A program made the position numbers and the translations under genes. A stretch of DNA of 64,000 nucleotides from a virus (Duplodnaviria; Caudoviricetes), in IMG/VR virus record IMGVR_UViG_3300031555_003626, positions 160,001-224,000 of that record. One strand, written 5' to 3'. The notes under the pieces were generated by a model. The model ran no database searches and had not been told where the DNA came from. It saw only the letters and a program-made list of their open reading frames with translations. The stretch's first letter is position 1. Each line of letters begins with the position of its first letter. Positions 52,269 to 63,183 of the stretch are shown here, piece by piece.

Positions 52269-52279
52269 AAGGAATTAAT

Positions 52280-52873
52280 ATGTTTTTTGATTCAGATTTT
52301 ATGAGGCTCTATGAGGCCTTAGAGCGTCTTAATGAGAAAATTATAGAAGAAGACAAGAAGGAAAAGAAGAATAAACAAGTCAGTGGTCAAGAAGATTTAG
52401 TAAAATTAATGGATAGCTTCTTAACTAGCATAGACCTTGTTAGAATTTCAAATATCGCGATGAAATGTTCCGATTTTTCTTCTGCAGGTGCTGCGGTTTG
52501 GGTGCCTTCTAATAGAGTTATTGATTATACAGATAGCATACCATATTTTGATGTACTGGCAACTAAGAGGCTTCCTAAGTTTGTCGAAACTTTGCCATCT
52601 GGTGAGTGGCCGATTAAAATGTGGGCGCCCAATGTAATTCAAAATAACGATGGTCGATTTATTATTGAAATAGACCTTGGTGAGTTAAACCGTAAACAGT
52701 GGAGAGGCTTAGGTTTTAGATTTAGAGTGAATGATAAGCCTTATTTTGTTTTTGGCGATATTTTTTATAAAGGGTATCAAAAAATTAATGGTAAAAATGA
52801 TGGGCACGTTCAGCAGGCAAACTATTATTATGATTTAATAATGAAAAAACTCAAAGAATTTAATAATAAATAA
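52280..52873 (+). CDS. Hypothetical protein
   Basis: AAGGA RBS before ATG 52280. Confidence 0.6.
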   Translation: MFFDSDFMRLYEALERLNEKIIEEDKKEKKNKQVSGQEDLVKLMDSFLTSIDLVRISNIAMKCSDFSSAGAAVWVPSNRVIDYTDSIPYFDVLATKRLPKFVETLPSGEWPIKMWAPNVIQNNDGRFIIEIDLGELNRKQWRGLGFRFRVNDKPYFVFGDIFYKGYQKINGKNDGHVQQANYYYDLIMKKLKEFNNK

Positions 52874-52933
52874 TGTTTTTCTGCTCAAAGTTATTGTATA
52901 ATATAATAAAGTTAAAATTTAAGGAGCTAACAT

Positions 52934-53275
52934 ATGGTTGACTTCACTACTTATAATAAAAATGAAAAGCGTGCTGATGAGCTTCAGGAAAAGTATGGAC
53001 TTTCTATGACTCTTCACGACCTCTATGCTTGGGAAGAGCTTACTGAATCTGAGGTTATTGGCATTCAGCAGTACCGTGATCGTACTTATCCGAAGTATAC
53101 GGGTGATGCAGAGTCAGACCTTAAACTTCAGGAAGCTTTTGAGAAAGAGTTTGCTGCTCGAAATCTTACAGAAGATCAACTTATAGATTATAAAGCGAAG
53201 AGCCTCTATGAAAATTCTTGTTTAGACCTCGACGAAGCCTTGGAGCTTCAGAGACTTAGAACAATCAAAAATTAA
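52934..53275 (+). CDS. Hypothetical protein
   Basis: Promoter motif plus RBS. Confidence 0.7.
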   Translation: MVDFTTYNKNEKRADELQEKYGLSMTLHDLYAWEELTESEVIGIQQYRDRTYPKYTGDAESDLKLQEAFEKEFAARNLTEDQLIDYKAKSLYENSCLDLDEALELQRLRTIKN

Positions 53276-53369
53276 TATCTAAAAGAAATCTCAATGATCT
53301 TACCGGTTATTGAGATTTTTTATTTTAGTTTATTGTATTATATAATATAAAATTATTTTAGAGGTACAT

Positions 53370-53897
53370 ATGAAAGTTATTTGTATTAGCGCAAAAGCAC
53401 GACATGGTAAAGATACTGCGGCAGAAATGATTAAGTATTATTTAGAGTATAAAGGACAAAGAGTTTTGGTGACTCATTTTGCAGATTTGCTTAAGTTTAT
53501 TTGTACAAAGTTCTTTAATTGGAATGGCCTAAAAGATGAGGCGGGGCGGACACTTCTTCAGTATATTGGTACAGATGTTGTAGGCACAAAGAATCCCGCA
53601 TACTGGGCAGAATTTATTGTAAGTATTCTTAGGATGTTTGAAAATGAATGGGACTATGTTCTTATTCCTGACTGCCGCTATCCTATTGAGGTAGAGACTA
53701 TGAAAAAGCATTTTGATACCACTATTCTTCGAGTAGAAAGACCTAATTTTGACAACGGTCTTACTGAGGCTCAGAAGAATCATCCTTCAGAAGTAGCTAT
53801 GGATAGTCAGCCTTATGATGCTTATGTACGTAATGAAGGAAGCCTTGAAGACTTTGAAGATAAAATTAATCGGTTTGTTGAAAAATTTTTTACTTAA
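53370..53897 (+). CDS. Deoxynucleoside monophosphate kinase
   Basis: A.ARHGKDT, FADLLK, R.LLQYIGT, DCRY..E, HPSE. Confidence 0.85.
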   Translation: MKVICISAKARHGKDTAAEMIKYYLEYKGQRVLVTHFADLLKFICTKFFNWNGLKDEAGRTLLQYIGTDVVGTKNPAYWAEFIVSILRMFENEWDYVLIPDCRYPIEVETMKKHFDTTILRVERPNFDNGLTEAQKNHPSEVAMDSQPYDAYVRNEGSLEDFEDKINRFVEKFFT

Positions 53898-53918
53898 ATA
53901 AAATTAGGAGATCTTTGT

Positions 53919-54326
53919 ATGGTAAAAATAAATGATAAAGATTTATATCAGCTTTTGATCGCAGAATTTCGTTATGCAGTAAAGCGAGACAATCACCTCG
54001 CCCCGAGTAGCTGTATACAACATATTATGACTTATCTACCTGAACTATCCAAAGAGTGGCAGATTCATATAGCCGAGCAACTCACTAATGAAGTTATTCA
54101 GGAAAGACTCTTTATTGGTGGACGTGAAAAAGGTCGTCTTGAGCAGGATGCAGAATGGGAAAAGCTTCTTGTTTTTCTTACTGACTACCTCGTAAAGCTT
54201 CCGTATGCAGTAGAAAAATATATGCAGTATATTTATAATAAACCTGATTGGGAAGCTAATATTGATTATTTCTCTCCCAAGATGGCAATGAAAATTAAGT
54301 TAAATCAAGCAAAATTTAATGTATAA
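53919..54326 (+). CDS. Hypothetical protein
   Basis: RBS; FRYAV.R motif. Confidence 0.65.
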   Translation: MVKINDKDLYQLLIAEFRYAVKRDNHLAPSSCIQHIMTYLPELSKEWQIHIAEQLTNEVIQERLFIGGREKGRLEQDAEWEKLLVFLTDYLVKLPYAVEKYMQYIYNKPDWEANIDYFSPKMAMKIKLNQAKFNV

Positions 54327-54356
54327 TATAGTATTAATTGAAAGGATTTATATTAA

Positions 54357-55202
54357 ATGAGTATTGCAGATCTTTATTTTAAAGATGAAGTAAACGAGCT
54401 TCTTACTAATGGCTTTAATGACAAGGATTATCCTGTAAGACCTAAGTGGCCTGACGGCACTCCTGCACATACAATTAAAACCTTCTGTGCGGTTCGTACT
54501 TATGATCTTTCTAAGGAATTTCCTATTCTCACGCTTAGAACTCAGGCATTTAAGGGTGTAGTAAGAGAGCTTCTTTGGATGTGGCAGAAGAAGTCTAATG
54601 TAGTCAATGACCTTGGCAAGAGTGCTTCTATTTGGAGAGCCTGGGAAGGTGAAGACGGAACTATTGGTAAGACCTATGGCTATCAGCTTGGTAAGGTTTC
54701 TGATTACGGTTACGGTAAGTTTGACCAAGTAGATAATCTTATTTATCTTCTTAAGAATAAGCCTATGGATCGTAGAATGATTACAACTATGTGGTGCCCC
54801 GAAGATCTTAATGAAATGAATCTTCCTCCATGTGTTTATGAAACTCTTTGGGATGTAACTGACGGAAAGCTTAACTGCACAGTTATTCAGCGCTCAGGTG
54901 ACCTTCTTGCTGCAGCAGCTTCTGGCGGTTGGGATACTATTCAGTATGCGGTATTGGTGCACATGCTTGCTCAGGTTTGTGGTTATCAGCCTGGCACCTT
55001 AGTTCATATCGTTAATAACCTGCATATCTACGATAGACACGTAGAGCTTGTCAAGGAAGTTATCGAAAATCCTGAATATCCAGGTCCTCAGCTTAGGCTC
55101 AATCCTAATGTAAAGGATTTTTATGACTTTACTGAAGATGATTTTGAGCTTATTAATTATCAGTCTACTAAACTTGAGAAAAAGTTTCAGGTGGCAGAAT
55201 AA
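54357..55202 (+). CDS. thyA: Thymidylate synthase
   Basis: FPILT, ELLW, G..YGYQ, RRM, LPPC, QRSGD, HIY.RH. Confidence 0.95.
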   Translation: MSIADLYFKDEVNELLTNGFNDKDYPVRPKWPDGTPAHTIKTFCAVRTYDLSKEFPILTLRTQAFKGVVRELLWMWQKKSNVVNDLGKSASIWRAWEGEDGTIGKTYGYQLGKVSDYGYGKFDQVDNLIYLLKNKPMDRRMITTMWCPEDLNEMNLPPCVYETLWDVTDGKLNCTVIQRSGDLLAAAASGGWDTIQYAVLVHMLAQVCGYQPGTLVHIVNNLHIYDRHVELVKEVIENPEYPGPQLRLNPNVKDFYDFTEDDFELINYQSTKLEKKFQVAE

Positions 55203-55456
55203 TGAAGTATTCAGTGGATATTCCGGCACAGCCCGGCGATAGACTTCTTGTTTATGAAAATTTAGTTTATGGAAACGGCTGGCAGCTTGGGGAGCCAGTA
55301 CTTTATGAAGTAACGAATTTAACAATAACTCAAAATAAGAAAAAACAATGGACTAAGAAAATTCGAGCAATGCGAGTCGTTAATGGTAAAACAATTGACT
55401 ATGGAATTAACTTGAATTTTGAAGATATTGGGGTAAAAGCTTTTTTACAGGAGTAG
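55202..55456 (+). CDS. Hypothetical protein
   Basis: Coupled ORF. Confidence 0.6.
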   Translation: MKYSVDIPAQPGDRLLVYENLVYGNGWQLGEPVLYEVTNLTITQNKKKQWTKKIRAMRVVNGKTIDYGINLNFEDIGVKAFLQE

Positions 55457-55460
55457 AGAA

Positions 55461-56039
55461 ATGAGTAATTTTTGGAAACATATTAAAATGATAAGAACTC
55501 ATAGAAAGCATGTTATAAGGGCATGCTTTAATATGGGTATTCCTCTTCAGGGGCTTCTACATGATCTTAGTAAGTACTCGCCGACTGAGCTTAAAATTTG
55601 TAAATATTATACTGGTACCCTGAGTCCTCACGACGCAGCAAGAAAAGAACTTGGATATTCACCGAGCTGGTATCATCATAGAAATAGAAATAAGCATCAT
55701 TCAGAATACTGGGTAGATTCATTTGAAAAAATGAACGCTGTAAAGATGCCTTATAAATATGTGATTGAGATGTTCTGTGACTTTATTGCTGCGGGCAAAG
55801 CTTATAATAAAGATTCTTGGTCAGTAAAAACGCCTTGGGACTACTGGGAAAAGAAGTGTCGCGGAGTAAGAGCTCTTGACATCGAAACTGAATATCTTTT
55901 TGAAAAGCTTCTTTGGAATATGCATGAAGTGGGAAGTGAAAAAGATTTTTATAGATTATATAAAAGAATTAAAAAGCATCTAAAAACAAATTATGAAAAT
56001 GGTACTTTAATTAAAGTCGAAAGTGAGACAGGAGCATGA
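55461..56039 (+). CDS. HD-like protein (DUF5662-type)
   Basis: HDLSKYSP.E, W.HH..RNKHH.EYW, EM.CD. Confidence 0.75.
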   Translation: MSNFWKHIKMIRTHRKHVIRACFNMGIPLQGLLHDLSKYSPTELKICKYYTGTLSPHDAARKELGYSPSWYHHRNRNKHHSEYWVDSFEKMNAVKMPYKYVIEMFCDFIAAGKAYNKDSWSVKTPWDYWEKKCRGVRALDIETEYLFEKLLWNMHEVGSEKDFYRLYKRIKKHLKTNYENGTLIKVESETGA

Positions 56040-56221
56040 GTAAGAAGATAGTTAGACATATCCCCACCCAGTGCTGCTATTATACAGAAGAAGACGGTGA
56101 AACCGTGATAATTTGTGGGTGTGACCTTAAGCCTAAGATTGACGGTAAAATCTTTTGGGAATACGTAGATACTTATACTGAAAAAGTAATTCAGCCAAAT
56201 AACCCTTTTATAAATCGTTAA
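56036..56221 (+). CDS. Hypothetical protein
   Basis: Coupled ORF. Confidence 0.55.
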   Translation: MSKKIVRHIPTQCCYYTEEDGETVIICGCDLKPKIDGKIFWEYVDTYTEKVIQPNNPFINR

Positions 56222-56294
56222 AATTAACTAGACAGGCCTGAAAATGACCTGTCTTTTATTGTATTATATAATATATTATTAAGGAGGAAAACAA

Positions 56295-56756
56295 ATGAAA
56301 AGACCTTCAATAGATGAATATTATCTCAATATTGCTAAAGCCGTCTCAGAGCGGTCAACTTGTTTGAAGAAGCACTATGGCTGCGTAATTGTACAGAGTG
56401 GAGAGGTAGTATCTACAGGATATAATGGTAATGTCAGAGGTGAAGGCCATTGCGGTTTTTGTACTAAAGCGTCAGGTAATGGTGATATGGAAGAGTATCA
56501 GCATTGCGAAGCAGTGCATGCAGAAATGAATGCGCTACTGAGTGTCTCAAGACGTGAAATGCAGGGCGCGGATCTTTATCTCGCTGGCTATGACGTAAAG
56601 TCTGGCGAGCCTATTGAGTGTGAAGCTTGGCCTTGTGAGATTTGTTTAAGACTTATAAAGAATGCTGGAATTTATCGTATTATAAATAAGAAAGGCGTTA
56701 TTTATATGCGCTCTGATGACGGTATTTTAAGACAGCTTATAGAAAAGAAGGACTAG
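56295..56756 (+). CDS. dCMP deaminase
   Basis: RSTC, TGYNG, HAEMNA, PCEIC. Confidence 0.9.
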   Translation: MKRPSIDEYYLNIAKAVSERSTCLKKHYGCVIVQSGEVVSTGYNGNVRGEGHCGFCTKASGNGDMEEYQHCEAVHAEMNALLSVSRREMQGADLYLAGYDVKSGEPIECEAWPCEICLRLIKNAGIYRIINKKGVIYMRSDDGILRQLIEKKD

Positions 56757-56760
56757 TATT

Positions 56761-57024
56761 ATGGACCTAAAAGAATTAAAAATAAAAGTAGCTCCTGAAG
56801 AGTTTAAGGGCTTTAAAGTTGATGAATTAGCTACTTTGAATTATGAAGAGTATAAGAGTGCTACTTATACGACAGATATCTTTGTTCGGTGTGCCATTTG
56901 TGAAGAACACGTTTCAATGAGTTCTAATGATTATAGGGCTCAAGGAGTATTTATTTGTGATAAGTGTAAAGCAACTATTTTGCATATAAGAAAACTTTTA
57001 GAAGACAGAGGAAGTGTAGTATGA
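56761..57024 (+). CDS. Zinc-finger hypothetical protein
   Basis: CAIC...CDKC. Confidence 0.6.
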   Translation: MDLKELKIKVAPEEFKGFKVDELATLNYEEYKSATYTTDIFVRCAICEEHVSMSSNDYRAQGVFICDKCKATILHIRKLLEDRGSVV

Positions 57025-57515
57025 TTATTGGAATTGTTTGTGTAGATCGTAATTTTGGTATCGGCAAAAAGAATGACCTTCTTTTTCATTTAAAGAAAGA
57101 TATGGAATTTTTCAAAAATACTACTATGGATAGTATTGTTTTCTGCGGATACAATACTCTTCTTAGTTTTCCTGGAAGTAAGCCACTGAAGCATCGTTCT
57201 ACTATTTGTCTTTGTCCCGAAGGCATTGAGAGAGATGACTGCTTCTGTATTCATGATTTTGATACGGCAGTAAAACTTGTTAAGGAGCTTGCTAAGACTA
57301 AAAACGTTTATGTAATTGGCGGAGCGATGCTTTACAAGTCAATGCTTCCTTACTATGATGAAGTGCTTGTGACTAAAGTAGACGCAGACGGTGAGGCAGA
57401 AGTTTTCTTCCCTAATCTTGATGAGTGTCCTGAATTTAAGGCTAGACGTGTTTCAAGCTGTGAAGATATGGGATATGATACTAGCTTTTGGACTTATAAA
57501 AGAATAACTGAGTAA
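57021..57515 (+). CDS. folA: Dihydrofolate reductase
   Basis: GIG..N.L.....DM.FFK..T, KPL..R, VIGGA.LY, FFP. Confidence 0.9.
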   Translation: MIIGIVCVDRNFGIGKKNDLLFHLKKDMEFFKNTTMDSIVFCGYNTLLSFPGSKPLKHRSTICLCPEGIERDDCFCIHDFDTAVKLVKELAKTKNVYVIGGAMLYKSMLPYYDEVLVTKVDADGEAEVFFPNLDECPEFKARRVSSCEDMGYDTSFWTYKRITE

Positions 57516-57518
57516 GCT

Positions 57519-58052
57519 ATGAAATATAACGTTGGATTATTTATTGGAAGATTTCAGCCTTTTCATTGTGGTCACGAATCAATAGTACGTAAAATGCTAG
57601 AAGAGTGTGAAAGGGTTATTATTGCAATTGGGTCAGCACAAGAATCAAACACAGAACTGAATCCACTTAGATACGAATATCGTCGACTAATGATTCAGAA
57701 AGTTTTTCCTGAATACTTTGATAGAATTATTATTATCGGCATTACTGACCGTACAAATCCTTCTGATGATGAATCATGGGGAGAGTATTTACTAAATGCG
57801 GTTTATCAAAATATAAAGATAAAACCTGATGTTATTTATCAAGGCATAGAAAATAAACATAATCATTGGTTTGATTCTTTTAATATCAATATTATAAATA
57901 TAGATAGAGACTTATTAAAAGTGTCCGCTACAGAAATTCGCAAAGCAATTCTTGAAGAAGATTTTGACTACTATAAAGAATTTATGCCCGATAATTTACA
58001 TTCTGAATTTAAAAATTTAAGGAAGATACTAAAAGATGTTGAAAATAACTGA
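57519..58052 (+). CDS. NMN/NaMN adenylyltransferase (NadM-like)
   Basis: GRFQPFHCGH, IGSAQES...NP, SATEIR. Confidence 0.9.
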   Translation: MKYNVGLFIGRFQPFHCGHESIVRKMLEECERVIIAIGSAQESNTELNPLRYEYRRLMIQKVFPEYFDRIIIIGITDRTNPSDDESWGEYLLNAVYQNIKIKPDVIYQGIENKHNHWFDSFNINIINIDRDLLKVSATEIRKAILEEDFDYYKEFMPDNLHSEFKNLRKILKDVENN

Positions 58053-58788
58053 ACAGTGTATTAATTGGATTAAAGAACAGTTTAAAGATATTCCCGACGG
58101 TAAAGCAATTATTGGTATTTCTGGTGGCAAGGACTCTACAGTTGCAGCAGCGCTTTGTGTAGAAGCTCTCGGTGCAGATAGGGTAATCGGTGTTCTTATG
58201 CCTCAAGGAGTGCAAAATGATATTTATGACTCTTATGAAGTTGTTGCGTCTCTCAAGCTTCAATATCATGTTGTTAACATTGGAAATACGTGCGATGCAC
58301 TGTACAATTCTATTAGTGATGCAGTTTTTCTAAGTAATGGTAAAAATGCTGTAAGAAGTAATTCTATGATTACGACCAATCTCCCTGCTCGTATTCGTAT
58401 GACTACCCTTTATGCTATTGCAGCACTTTATCCTAATTCTCGTATAGTAAATACTTGTAATTACTCTGAAGATTTTGTCGGTTATTCTACAAAGTATGGA
58501 GATGCTGCAGGGGATTTTTCACCACTCGGTAATTTGACTGTTCGTGAAGTTCTCATGATTGGAGATGACCTTGGCCTTCCTAGTCATTTAGTTCATAAAG
58601 CACCTTCTGACGGAATGTGCGGTAAGACTGACGAAGATAATCTCGGCTTTACGTATGAAGAGCTCGACAGTTTTCTTTTGGGAGAAAGCGGTCTTACTCC
58701 AGAAACAATGAGTAAAGTAGCAAGGCTGCATAAAGCAACTCGCCACAAATATACACCAATGCCAATTTTTAACAAAGGAGAAAATTAA
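58036..58788 (+). CDS. nadE: NH3-dependent NAD+ synthetase
   Basis: GISGGKDS, N..ARIRM..LY, GYSTKYGD, KAPSDG, DE..LG. Confidence 0.95.
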   Translation: MLKITEQCINWIKEQFKDIPDGKAIIGISGGKDSTVAAALCVEALGADRVIGVLMPQGVQNDIYDSYEVVASLKLQYHVVNIGNTCDALYNSISDAVFLSNGKNAVRSNSMITTNLPARIRMTTLYAIAALYPNSRIVNTCNYSEDFVGYSTKYGDAAGDFSPLGNLTVREVLMIGDDLGLPSHLVHKAPSDGMCGKTDEDNLGFTYEELDSFLLGESGLTPETMSKVARLHKATRHKYTPMPIFNKGEN

Positions 58789-58790
58789 TT

Positions 58791-60032
58791 ATGATGAAAC
58801 TTAGCCCTATTGTAGTATCTTTGCTTGATACTGACCTTTATAAATTTAATATGAATCAGGTAATGTTCCATAAGCATACCAATTTAAATGGTACTTATAT
58901 TTTTAAATGCCGAAATGAAGGTGTAGAGTTTACAGAAGAGATGATTGAAGAGATTAACGCACAAATTGATCATCTTTGCACTCTTACTTTTAGCGAGGAA
59001 GAACTCGAATACCTTTCTTCTCTTCGTTTTATCAAGAGTGACTATGTAGAATTTCTTCGTTTGTGGCGCCCTCTCCGTAGATATGTACACTGCTTTAAGT
59101 CTGATTATTTTTCTCTTACCCCTGCAGAGGACGACGAGGAAGAAAATATCGCTTCAGGTGGAATGGTTCTCTATGTAGAAGGTCCTCTGTTTTCTGTAAT
59201 GCAGTTTGAGATTTATCTTCTTGAGATAGTAAATGAAGTTTACTTCCGTATGAAGTATGACTATATATCCCTCGTGAATTCTGCAAAAGAAAAGCTTGTT
59301 GGCAAAATGACCGGCTTCCGTGCAGATATTTATGATTTTAAGTTTGCCGAGTTTGGCGCACGTCGTCGTCTTTCTAGAGAGTGGCAGGATTACGCAGTCG
59401 GTGAGCTTGTGAAAAATGAGCACTGTGTTGGTACCTCTAATGTTTATCTTGCAATGAAGTACGGTGTAAAGCCTATTGGTACTTATGCTCATGAATTTGT
59501 CCAGATGTATCAGGGCGTCCCCGGTATTCAGCTTGCTTATACCAATAAGGTAGCTATGGAAGAATGGTTTGATGAGTATCAGGGTGATAACGGAACTGCT
59601 CTGACCGATACTCTTGGTACAGACCTCTTCCTTCGTGATTTCAATAAGCTTCAGGCCCTTTGTTATACTGGAGTGAGACATGACTCAGGAGACCCTATTG
59701 AGTGGGGCGAAAAGATTATTGCTCACTATGAGAAGCTTGGCATAGACCCTAAGACTAAGACTCTCTTGTTTAGTGACGGTCTTGATTTTGATAGCGCTCA
59801 GAGAATTTATAATTACTTTAAGGGTCGTATAAATGTAAGTTTTGGTATTGGAACTTATCTCAGTAATGATACTTATGCAAAGCCTCTTAATATTGTTATT
59901 AAGCTGCAGTATGTCAACGGACACCCTGTGGCCAAGATAAGCGACACTCCTGGTAAGGCTATGTGTCAAGATAAGGGTTATCTTGAGTATCTTAAGAATG
60001 CAGTAAGTTATAGATTAAAGGAAGGTATTTAA
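58791..60032 (+). CDS. pncB: Nicotinate phosphoribosyltransferase
   Basis: SLLDTDLYKF.M, EFGARRR, GTSN, GTYAHE, GVRHDSGDP, FSDGL, FGIGT, KISD.PGK. Confidence 0.95.
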   Translation: MMKLSPIVVSLLDTDLYKFNMNQVMFHKHTNLNGTYIFKCRNEGVEFTEEMIEEINAQIDHLCTLTFSEEELEYLSSLRFIKSDYVEFLRLWRPLRRYVHCFKSDYFSLTPAEDDEEENIASGGMVLYVEGPLFSVMQFEIYLLEIVNEVYFRMKYDYISLVNSAKEKLVGKMTGFRADIYDFKFAEFGARRRLSREWQDYAVGELVKNEHCVGTSNVYLAMKYGVKPIGTYAHEFVQMYQGVPGIQLAYTNKVAMEEWFDEYQGDNGTALTDTLGTDLFLRDFNKLQALCYTGVRHDSGDPIEWGEKIIAHYEKLGIDPKTKTLLFSDGLDFDSAQRIYNYFKGRINVSFGIGTYLSNDTYAKPLNIVIKLQYVNGHPVAKISDTPGKAMCQDKGYLEYLKNAVSYRLKEGI

Positions 60033-60033
60033 A

Positions 60034-60597
60034 ATGAAGGTATTACTTGTAGTTGATGTACAGAATGATTTTGTAACCGGCGCTCTGGCGAATCCCGAAG
60101 CACAAGCGCGAATTCCTAAGATTAAAGAGAAGATTAAGCAGCGTGTCGCCGAAGGTTGGAAAGTAATGTTTACTCAAGATACTCATGACGAGGATTATCT
60201 TGATTCTTCTGAAGGCAAATATCTTCCGGTTGTCCACTGTGTCAACTGGACTTGGGGCTGGCAGATAGTAGATGAATTAAAAGAATTTATAGAGCCTCAC
60301 AGCACCATTATTAAAAAGCGTTTTGGTTTAAATGAATTAGACCGCCAGATTTATCTTAATATGCCTGGTAGCTGGAGCTTTGCACAAGACCCTATTACTG
60401 AAATAGAACTTATAGGCTTTTGTACAGATATTTGTGTAGTTTCTAACGCGCTTATTTTAAAGGCTGATGTAATAAGAGACCATACTATTATCAGCTGTGA
60501 TGCATCTTGCTGTGCGGGTACTTCCATTGAAGCTCATAATGCAGCACTCACTGTAATGAAGTCTTGTCAGATAGAAGTTATTAATGAGGGTTGCTGA
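60034..60597 (+). CDS. pncA: Nicotinamidase (isochorismatase family)
   Basis: VDVQNDF, TQDTH, HC, K, GFCTDICV; adjacent to pncB. Confidence 0.85.
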   Translation: MKVLLVVDVQNDFVTGALANPEAQARIPKIKEKIKQRVAEGWKVMFTQDTHDEDYLDSSEGKYLPVVHCVNWTWGWQIVDELKEFIEPHSTIIKKRFGLNELDRQIYLNMPGSWSFAQDPITEIELIGFCTDICVVSNALILKADVIRDHTIISCDASCCAGTSIEAHNAALTVMKSCQIEVINEGC

Positions 60598-60686
60598 TAA
60601 ATAAACAAATTATTTTGTTATAAAATAATATGCTAAAATAATTACCCTCATTAAATGACTTTATTTAAATGAAAGGATGAAATTGT

Positions 60687-62915
60687 ATGTTACATTTACA
60701 TCATAGTGGTTTTGTAGAAGGCCCTTGGGTTGATAGCATTGATGTAAGAGATTTTATTCAAAAAAATTATAAACCTTACTATGGTGATGCTGCTTTCCTA
60801 GAGGGCCCGACAGAACGCACTAGTAACTTAATGAAAACTGTCCAGCTTCTTTTTGAAGAAGAGCGTCGCAATAATGGTGTCAGAGCAGTCGATACGGAGA
60901 TAGTAAGTTCACCAACAGCGTACGAGCCAGGTTATATTGATATGAACCAAGAAATTATTGTTGGATTGCAGACTGATGAGCCTCTTAAAAGAGGTATTGC
61001 ACCTTTTGGTGGTATAAGAATGGCAAGACAGGCCTGTGAGGCTTACGGCTATAAGCTTAGCCCTAAAATCGAAGAAGAGTTTAAATACCGTACTACTCAT
61101 AATGACGGTGTTTTTAGAGCTTATACTGAGGAAATGCGGGCGGCGAGAAAGTCACATGTAATTACAGGACTTCCTGATGCCTATGGCCGTGGTCGAATTA
61201 TAGGTGACTACCGTCGTGTTGCTTTGTATGGTATAGACAGATTAGTTGAAGAAAAAATTAAGGACAGAAAAAAGCTTGCAACCGCTTCTTTTAACACTGA
61301 TGAAATTCGCTTAACAGAGGAACTTCATCAACAGATCGAATTTCTTAATCAACTTAAAGAAATGGCAAAGCAGTATGGCTTTGATATTAGCCAGCCTGCG
61401 AAGAGTACACGAGAAGCTATTCAGTGGACATATTTTGCTTACCTTGCCGCTATTAAAGAACAAAATGGTGCAGCAATGAGCCTAGGTCGTGTTGCTACAT
61501 TTTTTGATATTTATGCTGAAAGGGACCTCGCTCTTGGAGTTTTAACAGAACAGGAAATACAAGAACTGTTTGATGATTTTGTAATTAAATTACGATTAGC
61601 TAGACACCTTAGAACACCGGAATACAACGAGCTTTTCGGCGGAGACCCTATGTGGATTACTGAAGCAGTTGGCGGAATGGGTGAAGATGGTAGAACGCTA
61701 GTCTCTAAATCTAGCTTTAGAATTTTAAATACTTTATATAATCTAGGTCCTGCACCTGAGCCTAACTTAACTGTTTTGTGGTCAGAACAACTTCCTAAGC
61801 CTTTTAAAGAATTTTGTGCTAAAGTTTCTATTGATACTGATTCTATTCAGTATGAAAATGATGATATTATGCGACCTGAATATGGAGATGATTACGCTAT
61901 TGCTTGCTGCGTTTCTGCTATGAAAATCGGTAAGCAGATGCAGTTCTTCGGGGCTAGATGTAATCTTCCAAAGCTTCTTTTAATTGCACTAAATGGTGGT
62001 TATGATACTACTTCTGATATTCACATTGGTCCTCAGATGTCCATTATGGATGGTGAGGTTTTAGACTACGAAAAAGTAAATGAAAGACTTGATATTTATA
62101 TGCAGTGGCTAGCTCATTTGTATGTAAATACGATGAACGTTATTCATTATATGCATGATAAATACTGCTATGAAAAAACTCAGATGGCTTTGCATGATAC
62201 AGATGTACATCGTTTTATGGCTTTTGGCATTGCCGGCCTGTCTGTTATTACAGACTCTATGAGCGCTATTTTAAAGGCAAAAGTTGAGCCCATTAGAGAC
62301 GAACGTGGCTATATAGTCGATTTTAAAACTACTAGCAACTTTCCGTGCTATGGAAATGATGTTGATGAAGTGGATTTTATTGCAAAAGATATCTCTCATC
62401 GAATGATTACTTATTTAAGACAAACCCCAGCCTATAGAGATGCCGAGCATACCCTATCTGTTCTTACTATTACTTCTAATGTAATGTATGGTAAACATAC
62501 TGGTGCCACACCGGACGGACGTAAAGCTGGAGAGCCTTTTGCACCTGGCGCTAACCCAATGCACGGCAGAGATTGTACTGGACCACTGGCGTCACTTAAT
62601 TCAGTAGCAAAACTTTCTTATGATGACTGTAGAGATGGCATTTCTAATACCTTCTCAATTATTCCGTCAGCGCTTGGTAATTCTGCTGAAAATATGGTCG
62701 CTAATCTAGTAGCAATTCTTGATGGCTATTTTGCACAGAAGGCGCACCATCTTAATGTGAATGTTATGAATAGAGAAACACTTATGGATGCCTATGACCA
62801 CCCAGAAAAATATCCCAACTTAACAATTCGTGTAAGTGGCTATGCTGTTCATTTTAATAAACTTTCACGTGCTCAACAAAGAGAAGTAATTAGTCGAACT
62901 TTCCATAGTATGTGA
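60687..62915 (+). CDS. pflB: Pyruvate formate-lyase (glycyl radical enzyme)
   Basis: [23 protein letters not shown] Cys-Cys, TIRVSGYAV. Confidence 0.97.
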   Translation: MLHLHHSGFVEGPWVDSIDVRDFIQKNYKPYYGDAAFLEGPTERTSNLMKTVQLLFEEERRNNGVRAVDTEIVSSPTAYEPGYIDMNQEIIVGLQTDEPLKRGIAPFGGIRMARQACEAYGYKLSPKIEEEFKYRTTHNDGVFRAYTEEMRAARKSHVITGLPDAYGRGRIIGDYRRVALYGIDRLVEEKIKDRKKLATASFNTDEIRLTEELHQQIEFLNQLKEMAKQYGFDISQPAKSTREAIQWTYFAYLAAIKEQNGAAMSLGRVATFFDIYAERDLALGVLTEQEIQELFDDFVIKLRLARHLRTPEYNELFGGDPMWITEAVGGMGEDGRTLVSKSSFRILNTLYNLGPAPEPNLTVLWSEQLPKPFKEFCAKVSIDTDSIQYENDDIMRPEYGDDYAIACCVSAMKIGKQMQFFGARCNLPKLLLIALNGGYDTTSDIHIGPQMSIMDGEVLDYEKVNERLDIYMQWLAHLYVNTMNVIHYMHDKYCYEKTQMALHDTDVHRFMAFGIAGLSVITDSMSAILKAKVEPIRDERGYIVDFKTTSNFPCYGNDVDEVDFIAKDISHRMITYLRQTPAYRDAEHTLSVLTITSNVMYGKHTGATPDGRKAGEPFAPGANPMHGRDCTGPLASLNSVAKLSYDDCRDGISNTFSIIPSALGNSAENMVANLVAILDGYFAQKAHHLNVNVMNRETLMDAYDHPEKYPNLTIRVSGYAVHFNKLSRAQQREVISRTFHSM

Positions 62916-62923
62916 GGTAAATT

Positions 62924-63100
62924 ATGCAACAAAATAAAAAATTAAGCTACTGTGATTTTTGTGTGTACCATACTGCCAGCGGTTGCAGTGCTAAGCCAAA
63001 TAGCGCATATTGTACAGAGGCGAAAAATGAGTATTGGCAGTACATAAATAATAAAAAGCAGCCTCAAATAAAATCACTTAGAAAATGGGGAACAAAATAA
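62924..63100 (+). CDS. Small Cys-rich protein (58 aa)
   Basis: Read by hand: CDFC...GC...C; GAGG RBS. Confidence 0.55.
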   Translation: MQQNKKLSYCDFCVYHTASGCSAKPNSAYCTEAKNEYWQYINNKKQPQIKSLRKWGTK

Positions 63101-63183
63101 AAATGTGCTTGAATTAATTAGCTAAATTAAATAAGGAAGCTGAAAAGTTTCCTTGTAAATAATACAAGCACGATAAACTCAAG

